64,000 nucleotides of DNA from NCBI GenBank assembly GCA_964016885.1, contig OZ024741.1:289416001-289480000 (forward strand), written 5' to 3'. Below the pieces are notes generated by a model, which was not told the DNA's origin, ran no database searches, and was given only the letters and a program-made list of their open reading frames with translations. The stretch is from Eledone cirrhosa (taxonomy: Eukaryota). This document shows, in pieces, positions 45,468 to 58,279 of the stretch; the stretch's first letter is position 1, and the number at the start of each line of letters is the position of its first letter. A program made the translations under genes and the position numbers.

Positions 45468-46430
45468 TGGAAATAATGAATAGGAAAGATGACTGTACGC
45501 ACCATTGACGGAGTCCGACTCCCACATTGAATGGTTTCGATTTAGCACCATTTATCCTAACACAAATACTGGGACATTCGTATAGAGAGAACAGGGAAGC
45601 AAGAAGCTGACCATCGATCCTATACTTCCGCACAAACGTCTATACAAGGTCCCGAGGAACGCCTTTTCGATGTCTACAAAACAAGAATATACAACGTGGT
45701 AATTCTATCACGATTTCTCGAAGACCTGCCGAAGTGTGAATATTTGGTCGGCGGTGCTGAGTCCCGGGCAAAAACAGCACTCTACATCAGTTAGTTTAGA
45801 TTCGACATTCTCCCTGCATCTCTTTGCCAGACACTTAGCATAGACATTACTGGGGAGGCTTAAAAAGGAGATTCCCCTGTAATTTGAATAATCTCTCTCG
45901 TCCCCTTTTTTGAAAGTTGGGATTATCACTCCCGATAGCCATTGCTTACGTGGCTTTCCAGAGATCCAAACCACCCGGCACACACCAGTCAGCTACAGAA
46001 TACCTTCTTTATTTAAGGCTTTTAACATTTCTGACCGAATTTCATCTTCCTCAGCGACCTTGTCACATTTGAACTCGTTAACTGCCGCCCTTTTGATCTC
46101 AGCCTCCGATAGAATAGGCGTCGCTCCCAGATGCACCTCATTTACATCAGAAGATGCTGTTGCGATCGGGTTTAGGAGATCAGCAAAGTATTCTCTCCAC
46201 ATCGCGAGGATGTACTACTCTGAAGTCTGAAGAGAGGAGAATCCCAGACACGTTCCTGATAGCCGGTGTGGAGGAAGGCTTCTTATTACAAAGTCGTCGG
46301 ATGGTCTGCTAGAACATTTTATTTGCTAAAGTCGGATTCCAGCTTAACCACAACATCCTCCCATGTCTTATCTTTGGGCGCCTATACTCTTTCAGCTGCG
46401 ATTTTTCGTGCCTGCTTGTACCACAAGTTC
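45468..46430 (-). pseudogene. Decayed RTE-clade LINE fragment (linker plus N-terminal RT motifs), a different family from the intact element
   Basis: WREYFADLLNP, VIIPTFKKGDERDYSNYRGISFLSLPSNVYAK, STADQIFTLRQVFEKS, FVDIEK, FNVGVGLRQWCVQSSFLFII. Contains stops and frameshifts. Confidence 0.85.
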
Positions 46431-47117
46431 ATGAAGGAGAGCTTTGGGTATTTATACCAAATTTGTACTAACCCCCCCCCCCCCCCCATATATATATACC
46501 ATTTAAGTTATTTTGATCACCTAAGTATAGAACTGGTGGTTCTGGTAGGCAAATCATGACGCCATTAATTAATAAAGCACTCAACGTCATGCACGTCATC
46601 CATCGTAGATGTGGTATCCAGTGGCTGGCGCAAGAATGGAGTGAAGCATTTAAAACGGCAAAATAACGCCGGACTAGAAGATAAGCTGTAAGTTTTAATT
46701 CCGTGAAATTACTATAGATATTTCAATGGCCCAGCTCCATCATCCATTTATGATGCAAGACAGGCCGGACTCATCAGGTACCTTCTGTATAATTACAAAA
46801 CATGGTTACGTAGAATCCATATTTATCATGGAAGATAGGGAAAAGAGAATACGAAAATGAAAAATGTGAATTTGACTTGGAGACTGCCTGTAAAAACCTG
46901 TTGTAGTGTGGAAAGGCAGGCATCAAGTGCTGTTAGATGTTCTAGGGACGGCTAGGTGCGGTCAAGCACCGACACAAAAAACTCTAGTCTATTGATCACC
47001 TATTAGACAGGTCATTCAGTGGTGAATTTAGTTAAAGGAGTGCATATGTATAAAACTATAAAGATATTGTCTGGCCAAAATTAAGAAAAGGAATAAACAA
47101 AAATATTAGGGAAATGA

Positions 47118-47258
47118 TAATTGTTTCTACTTTTTGGCACAAGGCCAGCAATTACCCAGTGCATTACTGGTACTTTATTTTATCGACCCCGTAAGGATGA
47201 AAGGCAAAGTAAACCTCGGTGGGATTTGAACTCAGACCATAAAGGGCCGTAACTCTTT
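47118..47258 (-). mobile_element. 5'-truncated tRNA-derived SINE copy
   Basis: Family match. Confidence 0.85.
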
Positions 47259-47272
47259 GGAAATAATAATAA

Positions 47273-47550
47273 CTAGCAGATTGGCCCGGCGTTGCTCGGG
47301 ATTTGCTCTAGGGTTCTTATATATTTGATATATATTTATCCTTATCGAGCCTCGTGAAATAAATACGTTTGTTTATATTTTGTTATTGTGTATGCAAAAA
47401 TATCTGTACACGAATATATAATTATATATATATTAAAATAACTGATTAAAGTTTAAACAAAGAATCGCTGCTTTCACTCTTAACGGGATCTTCTGAAACT
47501 AAAAAAATCAATCTGTGAAAGCAGAAGTAAATATTTCGAAAAACGTTAGA

Positions 47551-47607
<57 letters not shown>

Positions 47608-47924
47608 CTATATATACACATATACACACACACAGCAACGTTATAATATCGTAATGCAGACAGTCAGACGTACAGACAGATACAATAAGGGCGCAACGTT
47701 ATATCTATGTACTATCTAAAAAGAGAAAGACTAAGAGAGGGAGAGATCGCTAAATCGCCTAATGCGGTCCCTAGGGCATTGAAAATTTGAATATTGTTTT
47801 TGCTCATAACACTCACAGGACCATAAGTATTACATGTGTAAAGTTTGAAAACAATCGGTTGGGTGGTTCTCGAGTTTTAGTGATCGGACAGACAGACAAA
47901 CATTCTTTGTTTTAGATATATAGA
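47273..47924 (-). mobile_element. Non-autonomous Helitron-like element
   Basis: The minus strand begins A|TCTATATATCTAAAA and ends with hairpin CCCGAGCAACGCCGGG then CTAG|T. It shares CTAAAACTCGAGAA..CAACCGAT..TTCAAACTTTAC and CCTAGGG..CCGCATTAGG with 7872-8489. Confidence 0.8.
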
Positions 47925-47944
47925 TAACAAAGGTATCATTTTCA

Positions 47945-48134
47945 TAATTGTTTCTACTTTAGGCACAAGGCCAGCAATTATCCAGTGCATTACTGGTACT
48001 TTATTTTATCGACCCCGTAAGGATGAAAGGCAAAGTCAACCTCGGCGGGATTTGAACTCAGATCGTAAAGGGACGTAACTATGCTGGAAAGCATGGCGTC
48101 CGACCCTCTACCGATACTGCCAATCCACCGCCTT
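47945..48134 (-). mobile_element. Full-length tRNA-derived SINE with a 19-bp TSD
   Basis: Intact A/B boxes. AAGGTATCATTTTCATAAT occurs at 47930-47948 and 48135-48153. Confidence 0.9.
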
Positions 48135-48425
48135 AAGGTATCATTTTCATAATGCTATCATCTGTGACATTCTTCTTTAAAATAGTTGGTTTTGTGATTT
48201 TAAGGGGAAGACTATAGGAGTTAAAAGAAGGCAGTTATTTTTAAGTTATCTCCTAAAGTTCTGATTTACAAAATATATTCTTGTGCATATATGCGTTTAT
48301 TTACTTAATGTGGGTTGTCTCTAGCTCGTAACACTGTCCGTTGTATTAAAGTGAGGTCCAAAGTAACTGGGCTGTATACGACGGAGCATATTACATAATG
48401 ATTAGAGGGGAAAATTTATATATAT

Positions 48426-51400
48426 ATATCTATCTATCTAAGGCGGGTAAAATTCCCGAGATCCATGGACGAGTTCTCTCCAGCGGTCTCTGTCCCTCAT
48501 TATCGCTGCCATATCCTGCATCTCCAACAGACCAGTGTCTGTCCTTAGGGCATCAACATATGTTAACCTTGGTCTTCCTCTTCTAGTGTGTCCATGTAGG
48601 GGCTCCCAAAGGAGCACTGAGTGCAATGTCAACTCTGGATGTCGGTGAGCATGTCCAGCCAACCTCAATCTCTTCTGTGTCACTTTTGAGCTGACTTTTG
48701 GGATGCTCCCATACAGCTCTGAGTTTTTCATCCTCAGTGTATACTGATTAATGTTCAGAGCCATCCTCAGCATTCTCGTGTAGCACCCATCCACCATCTG
48801 AGTGAGTCTATTGGTCAGTGTCCAAGTCTCAGACCCATACAGCAGCACAGACTCCACTACAGCAATGAAGAGGCGGATTTTCAGGTCTCTACGAAGGTCC
48901 GACTTCCACACCGATCTCAAGCTGTGACACGCCGCCCAGGCCTTGCTCTTCCTCTCAACCACATCATCTTCCGTATTCCCAATCTTTGCTCCCAAATACA
49001 GGAATTCCTCAACCAATTCCAGCGGCTTCCCGCCTACATTAGTGATCCCCTCTGGCTTCTCAACATTCTCTACCAGATATTTTGTTTTAGTCTCATTCAT
49101 TCTCAGCCCCACACTCATCGACACAGTCTCAACTTCCCGCATCAAATCCTCTGCCTCCTTCACTGTATTTGTCACCAAAACTATGTCGTCGGCAAATTCA
49201 GCATCCGATACCTTTTTCGCCCCAACTCTCCTGCTCTGAGCCGGTGCTACAGTAAATCCAGTGTCCTGGTGTTTCTCCAGTGCAAGGCGCATACAATAGT
49301 CCACTACGATGATAAAAAGGTAGGGAGCCAATGTATCTCCCTGGAGCACTCCAGCCAGTATCTCAAAGAACTCTGTCATCCCATCAGGTGTAATGACTTG
49401 GGCTTTGGTGTTGGTGTAGAGCAGTGATATCAGGTCCACTATCCTCTTGGGGATTCCATAAGCCTGTAAGATCTTCATCAGGCAGTAACGGTCCACAGAA
49501 TCAAAAGCCTTCCTAAAGTCAATGAAAACCATGACCGCAGGAAGGCACTTTGCTCTAGCTCCCTCTAATATCCTCCTCAGCATCAGGATGTGACTGGTGG
49601 TTGATCTACCCTCTCTGAAGCCGTTCTGGTTGTCCCTGAGCTTCTTCTCCATCTCAGGATGGATCCTGTTAAGAATCATCCTGTTGAGGGTCTTTGCCAC
49701 AAGTGACGTCAGTGAGATCCCCCGGTAGTTGTTGGTGTTAGAGAGATCTCCCTTCTTTGGCACTGGGACGATGTTACTGATCCTCCACTGATTCGGGGCA
49801 ACTCCTTTCTCCAGTGCCCCGTTACAGAACCCCAGGATGATATCATCAAAATCACACCTCTTCATCACCTCTGATGCCACTCCATCTTCTCCATGAGCCT
49901 TGCCCTCCTTGATCTTCTTCTTGGCTCTCTGAAGCTCCTCTCTGGTGAAGGGCTCTGTCTCAACATCCAGTTCCTCAAACAGCCGCCTGATCTCCCCAGT
50001 GCTCTGGGCTGTGGAGGGTGGCTCTCCTAGTAGGGTCCTAAAATGGTCTAGCCATTTCCTCTTCCTATCCTCGGGCCCCGTTCCCTGGATCTGCCTCGAA
50101 CACCTTTTCTTCCTCCCTGTGATCTCGTTGATGATCATCCAGCTCTCCTTACATCCAGATCTGTTAACCGCTCTCTCCACACTTCTGATCTTCTCTATCA
50201 GTGCCTCCTCTCTGACCTCAGTGTAAGCGGTACAGAGCTCTTCCCTCATCACCTCCACAGTCTCCATCCTCTCCTCCGTAGGATCAGCATAGAATTGGTC
50301 CCTGGCAGCTTTCAGGTGTTCTCTGGCTGCACACACTTTTGGGTTTGCAGAGCTGACGTGCTTCCCTTTATTCTTTTTCCTCGGCACCAGGGTTTCACTT
50401 GCTTTCGCCACTGCATTGATGAAGTGCCCGTACCTCCTCGTCACACTCTCCTCAGTCCATCCAATCTCTCTCTCCTCTGACTCTCCACACAGAGCACTAA
50501 ACCTGTTTCTCACTTCCACTGTGAACCTCTCCTGTAGCTTATCATCTTCCTTGAAAGCTCCCCAGTCATAGATTGTTCTCCGGGGCTGAGCCTTGCTCTT
50601 TCTTAAGCTCACGCGGACCTCACTCATAACAAGCCGGCGGTCACTACCCAGTGTACTGAAATAGCTGTATGGTTCCGTGTTCAGAACACTATTCCGCCAC
50701 TTTTCCCTCACCAGAATGAAATCAATCTGGGACTTGGACAGGTGCATATCTGAGATGTAGGTCCACATCTTCCCCAGATTCTTCCTAAACCTTAGGTTGG
50801 TCGCCATCAAGTTCGCCTCCAGCAGGGTGTCTCTCAGTAGTCTTCCATTTCGGTTGGTGTTGTTATGGAAGTACCAGCAAGGATCTTCACTGCCCTCCTT
50901 ACTCAGATGTGCATTGAAGTCCCCCAAAACAAGCAGGATATTGTGTGCCTGAGTGGTGTTGACAGCTCTACACACCTCCTCATGGAACTCCTCGGCATTC
51001 ACATCACTGTCCCCCTCGGTTGGACTATAGGCTGAGATGACTGTCAGTCTTGGGTTTCCATTGAAGGTCACCCTCAACACTCGCGGGGAGATAGGCATTA
51101 TTTCCCTCACCAACAGATTGGTTTTTGCACTGAACACAAAACCCACTCCTCCTACTGCAGCATTTGTTGTGTTCTTCACTGCCGATGTAGTGATGAGCTG
51201 GCTCTTCCTCCCGATCATCACACTCCTCACGGGCTCATCGTGTAGAATCCTGTGTTCTTGGATCGCAAGTATCTGTATACCACTCTCCTCGAACAGATGT
51301 CCCAACTCCTCTCTCTTCTCCAGCGTTCGAATAGTCCTCACATTCAAAGTGCCCATTTTGATGGCTCTTCTGCAGGACAAAACTGCATTCTTTATATTTG

Positions 51401-51741
51401 TCTCAGAGACAGCTGATCCATCATCCACTGGCCCTCCCTGTGGCTCTAAGCCAGCAGAGTCATAACGACCAGGCTGCTCCTTGACAGTGTAATTAGGGGC
51501 TCTAACCCTAGTGCTGTTAGATCGACTCTCCATATTTCTTTTCAATGGCTGACAATACCTTACCGGCGCCACTCGAATAAGGTAGTTATTTAACCCATAA
51601 ATGGAGCCCTAACAGGTACTACCACCCCGGGCCAGGGCAGACCTGGGAGTCATGACAACTTAGGGGTAACTCCACATTCCCCACATCTCCTGAACTCCCG
51701 AACTGGAGCCTTGCCACTGGATGTAGTTTAATGTCATACCC

Positions 51742-51746
<5 letters not shown>
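48426..51746 (-). mobile_element. Full-length RTE-clade non-LTR retrotransposon
   Basis: ~210-nt 5' UTR starting next to (TA)n at ~51746, a single intact ORF, a (TAGA)n tail, and TA repeats on both sides. Confidence 0.92.
48438..51533 (-). CDS. APE endonuclease + reverse transcriptase polyprotein (first ATG 51533; frame open from GTG 51572)
   Basis: APE motifs GTLNVRT, AIQEHR, SAYSPT, LGDFNAH, SQIDFIL, GSDR. RT motifs NYRGISL, FIDFRKAFD, GVLQGDTLAP, FADD, FLYLG. RTE-type C-terminus RLRLAGH..RGRP. Confidence 0.95.
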   Translation of the reverse strand: MESRSNSTRVRAPNYTVKEQPGRYDSAGLEPQGGPVDDGSAVSETNIKNAVLSCRRAIKMGTLNVRTIRTLEKREELGHLFEESGIQILAIQEHRILHDEPVRSVMIGRKSQLITTSAVKNTTNAAVGGVGFVFSAKTNLLVREIMPISPRVLRVTFNGNPRLTVISAYSPTEGDSDVNAEEFHEEVCRAVNTTQAHNILLVLGDFNAHLSKEGSEDPCWYFHNNTNRNGRLLRDTLLEANLMATNLRFRKNLGKMWTYISDMHLSKSQIDFILVREKWRNSVLNTEPYSYFSTLGSDRRLVMSEVRVSLRKSKAQPRRTIYDWGAFKEDDKLQERFTVEVRNRFSALCGESEEREIGWTEESVTRRYGHFINAVAKASETLVPRKKNKGKHVSSANPKVCAAREHLKAARDQFYADPTEERMETVEVMREELCTAYTEVREEALIEKIRSVERAVNRSGCKESWMIINEITGRKKRCSRQIQGTGPEDRKRKWLDHFRTLLGEPPSTAQSTGEIRRLFEELDVETEPFTREELQRAKKKIKEGKAHGEDGVASEVMKRCDFDDIILGFCNGALEKGVAPNQWRISNIVPVPKKGDLSNTNNYRGISLTSLVAKTLNRMILNRIHPEMEKKLRDNQNGFREGRSTTSHILMLRRILEGARAKCLPAVMVFIDFRKAFDSVDRYCLMKILQAYGIPKRIVDLISLLYTNTKAQVITPDGMTEFFEILAGVLQGDTLAPYLFIIVVDYCMRLALEKHQDTGFTVAPAQSRRVGAKKVSDAEFADDIVLVTNTVKEAEDLMREVETVSMSVGLRMNETKTKYLVENVEKPEGITNVGGKPLELVEEFLYLGAKIGNTEDDVVERKSKAWAACHSLRSVWKSDLRRDLKIRLFIAVVESVLLYGSETWTLTNRLTQMVDGCYTRMLRMALNINQYTLRMKNSELYGSIPKVSSKVTQKRLRLAGHAHRHPELTLHSVLLWEPLHGHTRRGRPRLTYVDALRTDTGLLEMQDMAAIMRDRDRWRELVHGSREFYPP

Positions 51747-51792
<46 letters not shown>

Positions 51793-52287
51793 GATATGTA
51801 AACATACATGAAACATACATGAATATATATGTAAACATACATGAAAACACGAATTTCGATGTAAATTGAAAAATGATTAGCACATTTAAACGATTTTCAG
51901 AACTAATTTGACCCTCATCATAAGGCGTGTATATCATCCAAACAACCACAAGGAAACATATATTTGATGGGTTTATATATCCATTCGCTCTTAGTATCAG
52001 GTTTTAACAATTTCTTTAATTTGCAGGCATATTCATATTGTCTGGCATATTTGCTTGCCTACGTACAAGATATGTGTATATTTATATACACATTAGTGCA
52101 GTTTCGGTGACCCACTGGATGTATACATTTGAAACTTTTTCATACACTTCGGCTGTTAGCACACTTCTTAACACTCACACACACACACACGCACACACAC
52201 ACACACATATATATATATTTAAATATCCTCAAGTCGTATGCAACTGCCTTTAATTAAAAGCAAATATAAACACTACTACGACCAATG

Positions 52288-52320
<33 letters not shown>

Positions 52321-52474
52321 GTACTACTACTGCTACTACTACTACTGTAGTAATTGTAGTAGTAGTAGTAGTAGTAGTAGTAATAGTAGTAGTAGTAGTA
52401 CTAGTAGCTGTAAGAGCTGTAGTAGCTTTAGTAGGAATAGTGGTAATGAAAGAGAAAGAGAGACAAAGAGAGAA

Positions 52475-52506
<32 letters not shown>

Positions 52507-52985
52507 GAAGATATAGAGAGGGGGGGGGGAGTAAAACAATTAAAAGAGCTATGAGCACCTGTCCAATATTTATGATGTCTTAGTGAAGGTTTAGAACTAT
52601 GTTTAATACTTAACAATTATGTTGTCCTCCTCTGAAACATATTTCTGACATTGGTCAGTGGTTATTTAAGACTGGCTCTTGGCTAATCTCATTCATTGTC
52701 AGTCCATTGGGAAACCACCGCCATTGCCGCCACACACGCCGCACCCGCTACCACTCTGTTGGTGCTGTTGTCAAGTGTCTCTCATTAAAATATTCATTGC
52801 ATGCTCGCACATACGCACACACACACACACACACACATACACAGACTCACACAGACACACAGTCACACAGACACACACACACACATATATATATATATAC
52901 ACACATACACACTCATATGTATATTATATATAATATATATATATAAATATATATACATACACACATACACACTCATATATATATA

Positions 52986-53053
<68 letters not shown>

Positions 53054-53060
53054 CATACAC

Positions 53061-53185
<125 letters not shown>

Positions 53186-53215
53186 CATACATACATACAT
53201 ACATACATACATACA

Positions 53216-53293
<78 letters not shown>

Positions 53294-53325
53294 ATATATA
53301 TATACATACATACATACATACATAC

Positions 53326-53360
<35 letters not shown>

Positions 53361-53363
<3 letters not shown>

Positions 53364-53668
53364 CGTTTCTGAATTTGTTTAGCAAGATTCTTTATCTGAA
53401 AACGTGTGTTGAAACCGATATTGTTATACTTTGGGAGGGTCATGTTGCCAATAAGAAACACACGCACCAGAGATTTCACTTCAATTTATTATAATAAATT
53501 TATAAATTTAGGAATTTATAAATGTCCGGTTGGGTGGTTGGTTCCACAACCAGATGATTGTGCATATATTGTCAAAGTTCTTTCGTCACACATTCTGTGA
53601 CCTCTTCAGTGGCTGGGGATTCTTTTCTTTGTTTTTGTGCTTCTCCTTTGTTCTGTCCTACGCCATCA
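53361..53668 (-). mobile_element. Hammerhead-bearing Penelope-like terminal fragment (family A, copy 2)
   Basis: Near-copy of 4517-4830. Core CTGAAGAGGTCACAGAATGTGTGACGAAAGAACTT at 53571-53613(-). Flanked by (TA)n. Confidence 0.7.
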
Positions 53669-53679
53669 ATATATATATA

Positions 53680-54907
<1,228 letters not shown>

Positions 54908-54920
54908 AATATGTATATAC

Positions 54921-57060
54921 ATAACTTTGATAGCCCAGGTCATGTCTAACTTAATAGCACCACCTGGCGATGTTTTTCAAATCAGCATTTGGACACCAAG
55001 GTCCACTCAAGTAGAGCGTTATTATTTACGGAGACATATCCGGGTGTAGGAGGTATATCCGGGATTTCTTGAAGGAATTTGTCTAAAGACTTCTTGAACT
55101 TTATCTAGTCTGTTTCTGTTTTAATGTATTTTGGTGTAATGTTAAAGAGAGCGGGGCCAATTGAGGTGAAATAATTGTGCCGTATTGTTGTCATGACATG
55201 CGAGTGTGATTTTTGTTGTAGGCGGATAGCGCGGGGCCCAAGACTTGGGTGTACCTTAGAGGAGATGCCAACATCACTTGGGCAATGCTGATGGAATATT
55301 TTCCACATCATGCAGATGATGTAGCGCTCACGGCAACGTTCGAGAAAATAAAGTTTAAGCTTTTCTAGTCCACCCCAATAGTGAAGGCTTGTCATGCCAT
55401 CTATCTTTTTTGTAACTGACATTTGAGGTGCTTCAACTTTCATGATACTTTGTTTCGTGTGAGGAGACTACAGTGGACAACAGTATTCGAGGTTGGGTCG
55501 GGCCAAAGTGGAGAAGATAAGAATAATGGTGTGGATATCTCTCGACTGGAAAGTTCTGAGAATCCAGGAACACATTCTGCGGGCCATGTCATCTTTTCTG
55601 TTTATATGAGTGGCCCAGCTTATGTTGTTGTCCCAAGACTCAGATGTTATTGGATGCCACGAGAGTTTCACCTGAAGGAAGGGAGTATGGGAGTTTCAAG
55701 GCATTTGGTAGGAGTTTAGCAGTCAAGAAAGTGGGTTATTCGGTGGTTATTCACCACTATCTCAAATACCTTGATGATATGAGAGATGAGTGAGATCGGA
55801 CGGTAGTTCACTACAAGGGACTTGTTTCCCTTTTTGAAAAGTGGGACAACAGACTGGGACAAAAAGTTTTCAGGAATATAGCCATGAATTCCTCTACAGA
55901 TTAGCAAGAAGAGATGCATGGTCTTATTGATGATAGTCTTCATGCATTGTTGATGTTATATTATTTTTTTATTCGAGCAGTGCGATAGCCGCCGAATGTG
56001 TGCGTTGCTGTTGGCAGTATTTCAGTTTGTTAGTTTTTTTGTTTGTTCTTTTTATTTTTCTGATAATAGTTTTTCTGTTTTGGGGCATTCTGCACTTAGT
56101 TTTGTTCACAGGTCATGGTGGGTGTGTTTTGCACATAAGTGTGTGATAGTATCTACAAAGATCTGCCAAGATGTTTTGATGGTGGAGATGTGTGCGATAG
56201 CTCGTTCATAATTGCATCCCAGTTGGCATTATAGAGATCCATGTTATCTAATGGGTGGGTTGGAGAGAGGTCACTAGGAATAGCTTTCGGCTGGTGGAAT
56301 CTCAGGTTACAGAGAACTATGTCATGGTCTGAAAGAAGGGTTTTTTCTACTGTAATATTGTGTAAAGTGTTAGAGTGGTTACTAAACACTAGGTCCAAAA
56401 TGTTTTTCTGATATCTTGTTGGTGCAAGGACAAGTTGGGATAAGAAAAATCCATTCATAAAGTCGAGAAGTGACCCTACTGCTTTGTCAGCGGTTGCGGT
56501 GAGAGTGCCTGGTTTCAAACTGTTTGTAGACCAATCAACACAGGGTAGATTAAAGTCTCCCATCATAAGTATGTTACTAGAATGACATTGTTGAATAAAG
56601 CACTTAATGCTGTTGAGGCATTCTTTAAAGCGCAGTATTGGCCAACTGCTATTAGGTCATTGGCTTTGCTGTGCACGGTGACTGATTCACAGTAGCCATT
56701 GGAGAATGTGATATTTCCATGTAAAGGAATCATGCAGGAAAATGGCAGTTCCAACCTTCTTTCTGTCGACACGATCCGCGCGGATGGTTGTGAAATTCCT
56801 CACTTTGACTCCGGGTTCCAATTGGGAGATCAAGGTGGGTCTCGGTAAGAATGAATTAAGAGATGTAGTGTGGATTGTTACCAACCCAATCCTCAATGAA
56901 ATGGACCTTCCATTTTTGTGCATTGATGGAAGGGCTGTCACCTAATGCATTGAGTAGAAATGTGGAAGATAGTGTGGAGGCTGGTTTTGACTGTTGCAGG
57001 AGGCTTGTTTTGTGAATGTGTGTTAGTGACAGCAATGTGGAGAGTTAGCGCACTAGGGTA
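54921..57060 (-). pseudogene. Decayed, internally deleted CR1/L2-group LINE
   Basis: APE: LTETHL, IRADRVDRK, MGDFNLPCVDW, NILDLVFSN, LSDHD. RT start: VVPLFKKGNKS..NYRPISL. C-terminal: ARPNLEYCCPL, LEKLKLY.LER.RERY. Confidence 0.85.
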
Positions 57061-57160
57061 ATAGCATAGGATAGTCTTAAGTTATTAATTAATTCTATTG
57101 TGTAATGCCTGTGCGTGAAGGTATTTTATAAAGTGAGGAAATACTGTGCACTGAGCCAAT

Positions 57161-57274
<114 letters not shown>

Positions 57275-57436
57275 TATACATGTGTGTGTATATATATATA
57301 TATTTGGCGAGGTGTGAATGGTGTCAAGGGACGACGGTCAGGCATTAGTAGGTGACGGATGCAATGTACACGTTCACCACCTCTACCCGAACTTTCAGGG
57401 ATATCTTTCTCTCGGCCTATCCCGATATTCCTGATA

Positions 57437-57498
<62 letters not shown>

Positions 57499-57503
<5 letters not shown>

Positions 57504-57599
57504 ATTGTTTCTACTTTTGGCACAAGACCAGCAAATACCCAGTGCATTACTGGTACTTTATTTTATCGACCCCGTAAAGATGAAAGGCAAAGTCAACCT
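57499..57599 (-). mobile_element. 5'-truncated tRNA-derived SINE copy
   Basis: Matches the 3' half of the family. Confidence 0.85.
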
Positions 57600-57607
57600 A
57601 TATATAT

Positions 57608-58004
57608 AAAATAATTAAGTCAAATATGTAAAATTTGGCTTCATCTATTATAAATTATAGATATACTGCTATATATATTTCGGTGACAGCCATCAATGGC
57701 TGTGACCTCTTCAGGCAGTCCGAATTGGTGTGGGAAAGTCAGGTACACATGTTGTTGAAGTGTGTTTTACTAAGTACCTGACTTTCCCACACCAATTCGG
57801 ACTGCCTGAAGAGGTCACAGCGAATGATGGCTGTCACCGAAATATATATAGCAGTATATCTATAATTTATAATAGACGAAGCCACATTTTACATATTTGA
57901 CTTAATTATTTTACATTACTCCGGAGTAAACAAACCAACCTGCCTTTGTCGAGTGCTCCAATCTGCATATTGAGGTGTCGGTAAACAACCAACATATACT
58001 CAAA
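57608..58004 (+). mobile_element. Fold-back element with two inverted hammerheads
   Basis: 139-bp arms at 57608-57746 and 57774-57912, then a ~90-nt tail, then (TA)n. Confidence 0.75.
57801..57855 (+). ncRNA. Type-I hammerhead ribozyme motif (mirror copy 57665-57719 on the minus strand)
   Basis: ACTGC-CTGAAGA-GGTCACAGC-loop-GCTGTCACC-GAAA-TATATA-TA-GCAGT. Stem I has 5 bp, stem II has 9 positions with one mismatch, and stem III is palindromic. Confidence 0.75.
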
Positions 58005-58042
58005 ATATATATATATATTCATAGGATATATATATATATATA

Positions 58043-58086
<44 letters not shown>

Positions 58087-58118
58087 CTCCTTGATCTATC
58101 TATCTATGTATATATATA

Positions 58119-58279
58119 ACGAAGGAAATGTGGTAAGGAACCAGGTGGACCATAACGCACCAAAGTACTCAATACTTGAGGTAGTAGAGTGGGTAATAGG
58201 AACCAGTAAGACCCCGACAGCTGAGCTCAAGCCGTTTCGACGGCTTGAGCTCAGCTGTCGGGGTCTTACTGGTTCCTAT
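58119..58279 (-). mobile_element. Fold-back element (family C, copy 1)
   Basis: Perfect 40-bp arms at 58196-58235 and 58240-58279 with a 4-nt loop. The tail is homologous to the reverse complement of 61433-61511. Confidence 0.7.

Noticed and set aside
48924-51465. Plus-strand ORFs overlapping the RTE
   Set aside because: They are antisense shadows of the RT ORF with no recognisable motifs.
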